Origin: Candidatus Poribacteria bacterium | Lineage (GTDB): Bacteria > Poribacteria > WGA-4E > PCPOR2b | Length of the DNA stretch: 64,000 bases | Assembly: GCA_965215015.1 (NCBI GenBank) | Contig: OZ244042.1 | Span: forward strand, 4,896,001 to 4,960,000 | Direction: 5' to 3' | Shown: positions 21,805-31,341 of the stretch, one piece after another | Numbering within the stretch: position 1 is the stretch's first letter | Layout: each line of letters begins with the position of its first letter | Position numbers and translations under genes: made by a program | The notes under the pieces: generated by a model | Told to the model about the DNA's origin: nothing | Databases searched by the model: none | Seen by the model: only the letters and a program-made list of their open reading frames with translations

Positions 21805-22344
21805 AATATGATGTGTAATCTGCAAGATTAAGACAAGTTGCTAGGGCGTGTTAACATTTGACAACGGGCAGGTTGGGTTGAACGGTAAAGGCAAATCCCT
21901 ATCAAACACAATAGAAGCCGCGCTTTTCAACAACACCCTTTTATTGGATAAATAAAGTGAAACCCAACACCATAACCGTAGGTCGATCATCTTGCCCGGT
22001 CCGATACTGGCATATAGCCTGTCTGTCGAGGTTCATATCTCGATACCCAAATGGCAACAGAAACTAGTTATTGAAAATCCGTCGGAGTCCTTGTAGGGGC
22101 GGGGAAACCCCGCCCGTTAAATGTTCAACCTTCCGGTCCAGAGGAGCGATATGTCTATAGTATCTCGATGTGTCCGATCTCCGCGCTCCAGAGGAGCACA
22201 ATGGGTATAGCAGGGTATAGCAAAGCATGTTTAAGCTCCAGTTGCTCTGAATCCCAATCTTATCGGGGTGGGACGACAGGGAGCAACTTGTGTTAAAATA
22301 ACGGTTACATCTCAATTTGCTAATCTTTAACAGGAGACCTGAAA

Positions 22345-23163
22345 ATGAGAATTGCTTATGCTCGACGCGAAGAGATGGAAGAAATCAGCAGCGTCCATGG
22401 GGGGGCGAAGTCCATCTTATTCAAAAGTCTTTTTGGAAGCGATGACTTTGGAACCCCCTGGCGGTTTATCCATAGCGCGATCCTTCTGCCCGGCGGCGGT
22501 ATCGGGCACCATCGGCACGATACCGCTGAGGAAGTTTTCGTCACGGTCGACAACGCAGCCCAATTTACGCACAACGGTCGCACAGCGGAGATTGTCGGCG
22601 GCGCAGCCGTTCCGTTGCGTCAAGGGGAATCTCACGCCATCTACAATCACACCGCCAAAGAGACGCGATGGTTTAATTTCAATGTTGCAGCAATCGGTAT
22701 ACCCCCGGATTCGACCGATTTCGGTGATGATCGCGCCAATGCACCCTTGGAGTCGATTGATCGCTTGCCTGTCGCTAGACTGGATCGCAATCTGCTGACC
22801 TATGGTTGCGCGCACGAAGGTAAAGGCGAAATCGGTGCCCGGACGCTATGGGAACATCAGGATTTCCGCAACAATTGGGGTTTCGTCAGCCATGCCTTGT
22901 TACCGCCCGGCACGTCCGTCGGCTATCATCGGCACGACCGTATCGAGGAGGCTTACATCATCCTGAATGGCAGCGGCCGGATGACCGTCGACGATGAAAC
23001 AGAGGAGGTCTACGAAGGTGCAGCGATTCCCAATCGGCTTGGGGGATCACACGGGATCCATAATCACACGCAGACGGACCTTGAGATGCTTGTGGTTGCT
23101 GTGTGCCTTGAACGGGGCAAGACTGACGCCACCAATTTCGGGGATGATTTGACGACGCGGTAG
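22345..23163 (+). CDS. Bicupin domain protein
   Basis: Two cupin motifs: GHHRH..EE..SHAIYN and GYHRH..EE..SHGIHN. Confidence 0.85.
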   Translation: MRIAYARREEMEEISSVHGGAKSILFKSLFGSDDFGTPWRFIHSAILLPGGGIGHHRHDTAEEVFVTVDNAAQFTHNGRTAEIVGGAAVPLRQGESHAIYNHTAKETRWFNFNVAAIGIPPDSTDFGDDRANAPLESIDRLPVARLDRNLLTYGCAHEGKGEIGARTLWEHQDFRNNWGFVSHALLPPGTSVGYHRHDRIEEAYIILNGSGRMTVDDETEEVYEGAAIPNRLGGSHGIHNHTQTDLEMLVVAVCLERGKTDATNFGDDLTTR

Positions 23164-23210
23164 CGTACTACCCAAAACGTGAGGCGTGAAAGATAAAGAG
23201 GGGAAAAGCC

Positions 23211-23674
23211 ATGCAGGAGCCTGTTAATCCCAATCTAATCACTCTTCGTGAGGCGATGGACACTAACCCCCTCAATATTTCAAGGTTGGAAGGTGTCGTT
23301 TCATAACTGGAGAAACGGATTGACAATCTTGAACATGAGATGCGCGAGCTGAGAGTTGAGTTGGTAGGTCGCATTGATAAAATTCATGCTGAACTTGGGG
23401 GTCGATCGCCCACTTCTATACAGAACTGAGTGGTCGTGTTGACGGACTCAATAGGGAACTGAGTCAGCGCATCGATCAGAAGAACGTATTAATAGACGTT
23501 TGGATCGACGGAATCGAAGTTGGGCTCAGTAGACGCAGCGACCTACTTGAAGATCGGATGAACAAAATGTCTGATTCAATAGGAAAAATCTATAGATGGA
23601 TGATTGGTTTGATTTTGCCAATTTGGGTAGCAGGCGGGATTGCCCTCATCAAATTTATCTTTTCTGGCGGATAG
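23211..23674 (+). pseudogene. Pseudogene of a coiled-coil protein with C-terminal TM anchor (DUF1640/CCDC90-like)
   Basis: RBS and ATG 23211, in-frame TAA at 23304, frameshift near 23410; roughly 11-residue repeats (ELVGRID, ELSGRVD, ELSQRID); ends YRWMIGLILPIWVAGGIALIKFIF. Confidence 0.65.
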
Positions 23675-23735
23675 ATCGGGGATAGTTCCATCCGTTCGAT
23701 TTGAAACGGCGTTTCACTCAATTGGAAATCTACAA

Positions 23736-24758
23736 ATGGATTCACTGGTTCGAGTTATAGCGAAGGGAAAATTCCGGACTCTTAGGGTATTTACTCACGG
23801 AATACGTCATGTGTTCTATGTTTTCGTCTGGTTCAGTGCCGTAGCGGCGGCAGAAGCCAAATCACTTGCCGATTATCCGAATCAAGTAACGCGGGAGGGC
23901 GAGCTCGTTGTCCTACCTGACCGGGGCACCGTCTATATTGCAACAGACTTTCATACGCAGTGGAGCAATTTTAATAGATGGTTGACACAGACAAGACTGG
24001 TGGAGCGGATTACGGCTGGGGAAGATGTCTACGGTTTGATCCTCGGTGATGTGGTCAATCACAAGCCGGGAGATCCAATCTTTGAACCTGACGGGGATGT
24101 GAAGATTGTTGACCGAATTATGCAACTGCAGCAGCTGTTGGGCGAAGAACGTGTCATCTATCTCCGAGGGAATCACGAACTTGCGTCCGTTGATACGTAT
24201 GCCCTGCTCAAAAAAGCCGGTATGAATGCGGACAACCGCCGGGATATGATTGCTCGGCTTTATCAGACTGTCCACGGTGCTTACTTCAAGCAGTTCAATT
24301 TCATTGAGCGGATGACAGATGAGCATTACGATTACCTGACCAAACTCCCAACGACTGCTATCGGTAAAAACGGAATTGTCGGTGTTCACGCGGGGGCGGC
24401 ACGTTCTGCCAAAAACCTCGCTGCCCTCGCTCGCCCAAGCAAAAAGGTGCTTGACGAACTGCTCTGGGGCCGTCCTGCTATCGTACTGAAGAGCGGATAC
24501 ACCCCGTCTGAAACGGCTGAATTCCTCGAAAGAATCGGAGGTAGGTTGCTGATTGTAGGACACACGCCGCTGGTATCTTTCCCCAAGGATGAGGTCACCG
24601 ATGGCGTGGCACGACTCGGGAGGCATCAACTCATCTTCTCAACCGGTTATGGTGCGCCGCCGGGGGGGCAATCCTACCTTGTCATCGATCTCTCCAAACG
24701 TTACAATGCTGTCACCGAACTGCGATACGGTGCGGAGATTCATCCACTGCGTCCCTAA
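23736..24758 (+). CDS. Calcineurin-like metallophosphoesterase, likely secreted
   Basis: TDFH, LGDVV, RGNHE, VHAG, VGHTP; start codon uncertain. Confidence 0.8.
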   Translation: MDSLVRVIAKGKFRTLRVFTHGIRHVFYVFVWFSAVAAAEAKSLADYPNQVTREGELVVLPDRGTVYIATDFHTQWSNFNRWLTQTRLVERITAGEDVYGLILGDVVNHKPGDPIFEPDGDVKIVDRIMQLQQLLGEERVIYLRGNHELASVDTYALLKKAGMNADNRRDMIARLYQTVHGAYFKQFNFIERMTDEHYDYLTKLPTTAIGKNGIVGVHAGAARSAKNLAALARPSKKVLDELLWGRPAIVLKSGYTPSETAEFLERIGGRLLIVGHTPLVSFPKDEVTDGVARLGRHQLIFSTGYGAPPGGQSYLVIDLSKRYNAVTELRYGAEIHPLRP

Positions 24759-24789
24759 AGACTCAATTCCGTTTCACAAAGGACCATCT

Positions 24790-25695
24790 ATGTCGCGTTT
24801 ATTGCTTTACGTCATGTTACCTGTGCTCATTGCCTGCGCCTTCATCGCCTCCCGATTCGTGAGTTGGGATAGCCTAAAAGGGGAGGACCCCAAGGCTCTC
24901 CAGTTCGTTGTCAAAGGTACCGAATTTTTAGGGCGACAAACAGACCGTGATAACCGCAGCGCAGTCTCCGCCTTCAGTCGTGCGATTGAAATCAGTCCAA
25001 AATACGCAGAAGCTTACATTAAACGTGGACTCGCTTACTATCGTCTGAGCAAATATCGAAAAGCAATTGAGGATTATACGGAGACGCTGAACCTGAATCG
25101 GTATGCAGCCGATGCCTACTACAGTCGTGGGGATGCTCATCGCGCCGTGGGTGATTATCAGCGGGCCCTCACTGATTACACGGCATCGTTGGAAAAAAGA
25201 TGGGCGGGATTTGTAACATGGAAGCGCGCAGAAACCTATCTGGCGATGGGAGATACGCAGCGCGCGCTTGCAGACTACGACGCAGTCATCAAGCGCAAAC
25301 CCGGTGCCGCAGCCTACTACTATCGAGGGCTCGCCTACGCCCAGATGAGTGAAAATCTGCCCGCTCTCAAAGACCTTGACAAGGCAATCGAGATTGAGCC
25401 TGCATTTGCGGAGGCATATCTCCGCCGAGGCGAAACCTATCTTCGACTCAATCAACCGGACGCAGCAGAATCTGACTATCACAAAGTCGTTGCCTTCGCA
25501 ACAGATGAGATTCAACAATGGGGAGAGGACCATCCAACATTGGGTCCGGTCTATTTCCGCAGGGCGGCCGCATATCAACGACTCGGGCATTACGACGATG
25601 CACTCGCCGATTACGAGAAAGTCATCGCGCTTCAACCGGGATCGGAGATTGCACAGAAAGCGGCGGGGAAATTGGATCTGGAGCTCAACGAATGA
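24790..25695 (+). CDS. TPR-repeat protein with N-terminal membrane anchor
   Basis: Repeated AYxxRGxAY...AxxDY motifs; AAGGA RBS before ATG 24790. Confidence 0.88.
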   Translation: MSRLLLYVMLPVLIACAFIASRFVSWDSLKGEDPKALQFVVKGTEFLGRQTDRDNRSAVSAFSRAIEISPKYAEAYIKRGLAYYRLSKYRKAIEDYTETLNLNRYAADAYYSRGDAHRAVGDYQRALTDYTASLEKRWAGFVTWKRAETYLAMGDTQRALADYDAVIKRKPGAAAYYYRGLAYAQMSENLPALKDLDKAIEIEPAFAEAYLRRGETYLRLNQPDAAESDYHKVVAFATDEIQQWGEDHPTLGPVYFRRAAAYQRLGHYDDALADYEKVIALQPGSEIAQKAAGKLDLELNE

Positions 25696-25729
25696 TTCCA
25701 ACCGTCTCGGAAACTCGAGAGATTTCACC

Positions 25730-26155
25730 ATGCCATACAAATACCGCACAACACGCCGAATCGAATTTTCCGACACCGACATGGCGGGCATCGTCCACTT
25801 CGCACGGTTCTTTGTGTTTATGGAATCTGCCGAACACGAATTCCTCCGTTCATTGGGAACGAGCGTCGCCACGGAATGGGAAGGGAACAAAATCGGATGG
25901 CCCCGACTGGCGGCCTCGTGTAAATATCTCAAGCCTATCAAATTTGAAGATGAGTTGGAAATCCATCTGACAGTTACCAAAAAAGGAACCAAATCCCTCA
26001 CCTATCAATTCGTTTTTATGAAGGAGAATGTAGAGGTCGCTAACGGTCAGTTGATGGCGGTGTGTTGCGTCTGTAACCCCGGCGAAAAACTGAGAGCCAT
26101 CCCGATACCGGATTTTATCACGAATCAGATTGAAGTCTCAGAATGTGAAACATAA
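25730..26155 (+). CDS. Acyl-CoA thioesterase (4HBT/YbgC family)
   Basis: FSDTDMAGIVHFARFF motif. Confidence 0.88.
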   Translation: MPYKYRTTRRIEFSDTDMAGIVHFARFFVFMESAEHEFLRSLGTSVATEWEGNKIGWPRLAASCKYLKPIKFEDELEIHLTVTKKGTKSLTYQFVFMKENVEVANGQLMAVCCVCNPGEKLRAIPIPDFITNQIEVSECET

Positions 26156-26198
26156 AACCTATTTGTTTCAATTAATGAACTAATCCACCAATAACCCA

Positions 26199-26873
26199 AT
26201 GAACTCTCTCAAGGTATCCGATATCTATAAAAACTTTGGGGTTGAAGCGCAACCGATTGAAGTGCTTCGGGGCATTTCGTTTGAAATGGCGCAGGGCGAA
26301 TCCCTTGCCATCACCGGTCCCTCTGGCTCTGGGAAAAGTACACTGCTGCACCTAATCGGCACATTAGACCGACCTTCATCGGGAAAGATTGAAATAAATG
26401 GCGAAGACCCGTTTGGGCTGCCAGAACCACAACTCGCCAGATTTCGGAATCAGGGGGTCGGCTTTGTCTTTCAAGACCACCATCTATTGCCACAGTATTC
26501 GGTCTGGGAAAACGTGCTAGTTCCCACTATGGCTTTCAAGAACCTCGATGGGGAGGCCGAAAAGCGTGCGGGGGAACTCCTCGAACGGGTCGGGCTTGAC
26601 CACCGTTTGAGTCATCGCCCCGCGGAGCTTTCCGGCGGGGAGCGGCAACGCGTGGCGGTGGCACGTGCCCTTATCAACCAACCCAGCCTCCTCCTCTGTG
26701 ATGAACCCACAGGTAACCTCGATCGCTCCACCGCGGATGAGGTATCTTCCCTGTTATTTGAACTTCACCAAGCCGAGCAGAACATTCTGATTGTGGTAAC
26801 CCACAATCTTGAACTCGCGTCGCGCTTTGGGCGCCGTTTTGAACTGGAGGCGGGCGGATGCACCGAAGTTTAA
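26199..26873 (+). CDS. ABC transporter ATP-binding protein (LolD/MacB-like)
   Basis: [26 protein letters not shown]. Confidence 0.95.
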   Translation: MNSLKVSDIYKNFGVEAQPIEVLRGISFEMAQGESLAITGPSGSGKSTLLHLIGTLDRPSSGKIEINGEDPFGLPEPQLARFRNQGVGFVFQDHHLLPQYSVWENVLVPTMAFKNLDGEAEKRAGELLERVGLDHRLSHRPAELSGGERQRVAVARALINQPSLLLCDEPTGNLDRSTADEVSSLLFELHQAEQNILIVVTHNLELASRFGRRFELEAGGCTEV

Positions 26874-29800
26874 TCTATTTTTGGCGAATTCAGCTCGCGC
26901 TGTTGCTGGGTGTTGCGGTGGCAACGGCGGTGCTGACTGGTGCGCTGCTCGTCGGGGATTCCGTCCGGGGTAGCTTGCACAATCTCACTTTAGATCGATT
27001 GGGGCGCATCGATTATGCGCTCGTATCAGAGCGATTTTTTCGTGAGGACTTAGCAACGAATTTATCGCGCCAATTGGAGGGTGAAACACAATTTCATCAG
27101 GAAACGGTGCCGGCGATTTTGTTGAGCGGTACTGCGGTCAATGCCACAACCAAGGCTCGCGCCTCTCGTGTCCAGATTCAGGGCATCGATGAACGATTTA
27201 CAAGTTTGTGGGAGGAGGCTTCCGGTCAGTCCGCTCCCCCTTTGGAAAGACAGCCGGGGGAGCTCTTTCCATCAGTCCATATCAACCAATCCCTTCAAAA
27301 TGAATTAGATATAAAAGTTGGTGAGCAACTCCTCCTCTCCTTTGAAAAACACAGTGAGGTCCATCGCGAATTTTTGCTCGGTCACCGGGATTCATCGGAT
27401 GTCCTTCAAACCCTGCGACTCACCGTCACGAAAATCCTTCCAGACCGTGGCATCGGCAGCTTTGGGTTGCGTCCCAATCAAAGCCGCCCGCTAAACGCTT
27501 ATGTTTCGCTTGCCATCTTGCAAAAAGCCCTCGGAACTGGAGCGAAGGTCAACACAATTTTCGCATCTGCTGCATCTCCCGACCTATCCAATCTTACGAC
27601 AACTGATGCTCTTCCCGCCTTACAAAATAGATTACATCAGCTTTTGAAATTAGAGGACCTCGGCTTGAAGCTGCGCCACGTATCTTCCGAATCCATCGGG
27701 GGAGTGGGGTATCTTTCCCTTGAAAGCACGCAATTTCTGCTCAAGCAGGATATCATTGAGGTTGCCCAAGCGGTCGCGATTGAGCGGCGGACACTGTCTC
27801 TACCAATCCTGACCTACTTAGCCAACACCATTACCGCCAACGGGCGAACGATTCCGTATTCAACAATTACGGGATTAGATACGCAGCGTGCCTTTTCCCT
27901 TGAATTAATCGATGGCTCACCGGCACCTCCGCTTGCGGATGACGAAATCCTCCTCAACGAATGGGCTGCCATAGATTTGGGTGCAAAGGTTGGAGATCAA
28001 ATTGATGTGAGTTATTATATTGTGGGTCCCAGAGAAAAGTTGTTGACACGAGGCGCGCAATTCCGCTTGAAGGGGGTTATTGCGATGGAAGGTCTAGCCG
28101 CCGATCGGGGACTGACGCCAGAATTTCCGGGGATTCACAAGGCGGATGATATGTCCGAATGGAACGCCCCCTTTCCGATCGATCTTAGCCAGATTCGTCC
28201 CAAGGATGAGGTGTACTGGGATCTCTTCCGGGCGACCCCCAAAGCGTTTGTGTCAGACGGAGCAGCGCAACAGTTGTGGCGTAGCCGGTTCGGAGATTTA
28301 ACTGCTATTCAGATTAGGACAGTTTTTGGTGTTGACCTTCAAACAACCCAAACCAACTTTCAAAGGCGGTTGCTGGAAAAAATCCGCCCAGAACAGGTCG
28401 GTTTGGTGTTTCGGTCCGTCAAAGCAGACGGTTTAGAAGCCGCTACAGGGGCGACGGATTTTAGCACACTTTTTATCGGATTCAGCCTGTTTCTCATTAT
28501 ATCCGCTGCCCTTTTGGTGGGATTGCTTTTCAGACTAGGTGTCGAACAACGGGCGAGCGAAATCGGTATTCTGCTGGCTGCGGGGTATCCCATCTCGACC
28601 GTCCGTCGACGTTTTATGAAGGAGGGCGGATTAATCGCTGGAATCGGCTGCTTGATTGGACTGGGAGGAGGAATCATTTACGCGTGGCTGCTGATGACTG
28701 GGCTACGCACCTGGTGGTTAGCGGCGGTGGGGACGCCTTTCCTGACTTTACATGTCAGTCCATTAAGTTTGGTGCTAGGATATCTGATCGCCCTTGTCGT
28801 GGTCCTATTTTCGATCGGTTGGACTGTTCGGCGGTTCGGCAAAGTCCCTATTCTAACGCTGATCGCGGGCGGGTCAGGGATTGATGGATTCTCCAATCAG
28901 CGTTCAAGTGGCGGCATTCCGAACCGAATCCTTGCCCTTGCCAGCTTGGGGCTTGCCCTTGCCTTGACGATATTCGCCCTCGTCTCCGCCACCGCTTCGA
29001 CTGGACTCTTTTTCGGAAGCGGAGTGCTGTTACTCATCGCGGGACTGGCTTTCTTCTCTATCTGGGTCCGATTAGGTAGAGGAAGGATGGATCAACCGAA
29101 GGTCGCCGTAGCGACACAGATGGGAATTAAAAATAGCGGACGCCATCCGGGGCGCAGTATGCTGTGTGCGGCGTTGGTTGGCAGTGCCTGCTTTGTCATC
29201 GTTGCGGTGGGGGCGAACCGCCATGTTGAGCGGGAACAGGGGAGCACACCACAAAAGGAATCCGGCACCGGCGGATTCGCTTTGGTGGCTGAATCCGACA
29301 TCCCATTGCATCATAATCTTAATTCTAGGGAAGGCCGATTTGAGTTGGGATTTTCCGAATCTGACTCGGACCTTACGACTGGCACCCTAATTTTCCCCTT
29401 CCGCCTCCTGCCGGGAGAAGATGCAAGCTGCCTTAATCTCTATCGTCCCCAAAAACCTCGAATTTTAGGGGCTGCCAAGGATTTTACTGATCGGGACGGA
29501 TTCCAATTTCACACGACAACAGCAGCGAAAGAAAATCCGTGGGAGTTACTGCAAGACGAGCTGGAACCGGGCGTTATTCCCGCCATCGGGGATTATAACT
29601 CCGTCCAGTGGATTTTACACCTTGGGCTTGGCGATGAGCTGAGTATCCAAGACGAACAGGGAGACCAATTAAAACTTCGTTTGGTCGGAATTTTACAGCG
29701 CAGTATCTTTCAGAGTGAACTGTTGATTTCCGAAGCCAATTTCAAGAAACACTTCCCAAGCCGAAGTGGATATGCATATTTCTTAATTCAGACCCCTTCA

Positions 29801-30316
29801 ACCTCCGACCCGGTGATCTCCGCCGAAAGCGCAGAACGCATTGGGCACACACTGGAAAATACGTTGGAAGATTATGGCTTGGATGTCACGTCAACGACTG
29901 AAAAATTAGCCAGCTACCAAGCCGTTGAAAATACCTACCTTTCTACCTTCCAAACACTCGGCGGCCTCGGACTACTTCTCGGTACACTCGGTCTGGGGAT
30001 CGTTTTGTTGAGAAACATCATCGAACGAAGTGGGGAGTTAGCGACCCTGCGCGCCTTCGGTTTTCGGAGAGCGACGCTGTCGCTGATGCTCCTATCGGAA
30101 AATGGATTTCTCCTATTAATTGGGATTCTGATTGGCACCGTTTCCGCTCTCATCGCAGTGACGCCGCACCTGACAACCCCAGGGGTTCTAGCACCTTGGC
30201 TTTCACTGATGATAACGTTGGTTTCCGTATTTCTAGTTGGAATGGTTGCCAGTGCGATCGCTGTCTACTTTGCCCTGCGAAGACCGTTGCTGCCAACACT
30301 CAAACACGACGCTTGA
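26858..30316 (+). CDS. Large FtsX/MacB-like ABC permease
   Basis: Two FtsX-like TM modules (EQRASEIGILLAAG, ERSGELATLRAFG); overlaps the ATPase gene. Confidence 0.88.
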   Translation: MHRSLIYFWRIQLALLLGVAVATAVLTGALLVGDSVRGSLHNLTLDRLGRIDYALVSERFFREDLATNLSRQLEGETQFHQETVPAILLSGTAVNATTKARASRVQIQGIDERFTSLWEEASGQSAPPLERQPGELFPSVHINQSLQNELDIKVGEQLLLSFEKHSEVHREFLLGHRDSSDVLQTLRLTVTKILPDRGIGSFGLRPNQSRPLNAYVSLAILQKALGTGAKVNTIFASAASPDLSNLTTTDALPALQNRLHQLLKLEDLGLKLRHVSSESIGGVGYLSLESTQFLLKQDIIEVAQAVAIERRTLSLPILTYLANTITANGRTIPYSTITGLDTQRAFSLELIDGSPAPPLADDEILLNEWAAIDLGAKVGDQIDVSYYIVGPREKLLTRGAQFRLKGVIAMEGLAADRGLTPEFPGIHKADDMSEWNAPFPIDLSQIRPKDEVYWDLFRATPKAFVSDGAAQQLWRSRFGDLTAIQIRTVFGVDLQTTQTNFQRRLLEKIRPEQVGLVFRSVKADGLEAATGATDFSTLFIGFSLFLIISAALLVGLLFRLGVEQRASEIGILLAAGYPISTVRRRFMKEGGLIAGIGCLIGLGGGIIYAWLLMTGLRTWWLAAVGTPFLTLHVSPLSLVLGYLIALVVVLFSIGWTVRRFGKVPILTLIAGGSGIDGFSNQRSSGGIPNRILALASLGLALALTIFALVSATASTGLFFGSGVLLLIAGLAFFSIWVRLGRGRMDQPKVAVATQMGIKNSGRHPGRSMLCAALVGSACFVIVAVGANRHVEREQGSTPQKESGTGGFALVAESDIPLHHNLNSREGRFELGFSESDSDLTTGTLIFPFRLLPGEDASCLNLYRPQKPRILGAAKDFTDRDGFQFHTTTAAKENPWELLQDELEPGVIPAIGDYNSVQWILHLGLGDELSIQDEQGDQLKLRLVGILQRSIFQSELLISEANFKKHFPSRSGYAYFLIQTPSTSDPVISAESAERIGHTLENTLEDYGLDVTSTTEKLASYQAVENTYLSTFQTLGGLGLLLGTLGLGIVLLRNIIERSGELATLRAFGFRRATLSLMLLSENGFLLLIGILIGTVSALIAVTPHLTTPGVLAPWLSLMITLVSVFLVGMVASAIAVYFALRRPLLPTLKHDA

Positions 30317-30327
30317 TTCGCGGGCAG

Positions 30328-31074
30328 TTACGCTTCTTGAATAACATCGGGCCTTTGACCAATAGAGGGCGGCATCAACATCCGCTTCTGCTGCTCCGTC
30401 AGGTCATCAAACTCGTCCAGATCATAGTAATTTTGCGACCACGCCGAGTGTCCGGGGCTATACTTATAGAGCAGTGAACGCCGCTCATGTTTAGCGCGCC
30501 ACGGCATCGTCCCGTGGATGAGTGCCTCCGTGAAGAACAGCGCATCGCCAGCTTCGACTGCCGGTTGGACCACATAGGGTGCGGGACGTTCAAAACCGCG
30601 GATATCGTCAGGCAGACTTGATAGAAAATTGGTCTTATGGCTGCCCGGAACACACGCAAAGCCGCCATCGCCCGCTGCCGCATCTGTTAGAAAGTACGTA
30701 ATAACGCTCAACCCATTACGCATCACCCCGTCCCAGTATTTGTACCAGTGATCGCCAACCACTTCGGGGCCCCCGTGCAACCTGCCGCTTTGACCTCCCT
30801 CGGTCATAAAGATGCAATAGTCATGATCGAGTCGGACCTTGGGACCCATTAATTCAATCAGGTAGGGCAGCACTTTGGGGTGATCCATCAATCTTTTGAA
30901 CGGTTCTCCCCAACACGAAACTCGACTGGCACGGCGGTAGCGCGTATCATCGCCTTCGGGAGGGAAGACACGATCAGCAATTTCATTCATCTCCTCAACT
31001 TCATCGGTGGACAACACATTTTTAATAATTAGATAGCCTTCGAGGTCGAAGCTAAATTTTTCTTCACCGGTCAT
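30328..31074 (-). CDS. Phytanoyl-CoA dioxygenase (PhyH) family protein
   Basis: GYLIIKNVLS, GGFACVPGSH, AGDALFFTEALIHG. Confidence 0.9.
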   Translation of the reverse strand: MTGEEKFSFDLEGYLIIKNVLSTDEVEEMNEIADRVFPPEGDDTRYRRASRVSCWGEPFKRLMDHPKVLPYLIELMGPKVRLDHDYCIFMTEGGQSGRLHGGPEVVGDHWYKYWDGVMRNGLSVITYFLTDAAAGDGGFACVPGSHKTNFLSSLPDDIRGFERPAPYVVQPAVEAGDALFFTEALIHGTMPWRAKHERRSLLYKYSPGHSAWSQNYYDLDEFDDLTEQQKRMLMPPSIGQRPDVIQEA

Positions 31075-31341
31075 GGTGTGGCTCCTTACGCGAAGTGTAA
31101 TATGTCAATAATAACACACGGATTTTTAGGGTTGCGGTATGTATTACAAAGATCGGTTATGGTATAATAACCAAATTGCTAGGAGTAGGCATACGCCGTA
31201 TGCCGTAGTCTCAAAAGTTTATTACATTGTCCCAATGAACTAACATAGCCCTAGCGGGACGAACGGTCTATAGCATTTGATGAGTCTAACACAAAAAGAC
31301 ATTTCTGTGAAGGCGTTTTTTTTAAAGAAAGGATTCCAAAC

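Noticed and set aside
24928-26001. Long antisense ORFs (24928-26001, 23913-24629, 39001-39702, and plus-strand ORFs across the propeller array)
   Set aside because: They shadow well-supported genes on the opposite strand and show no motifs.
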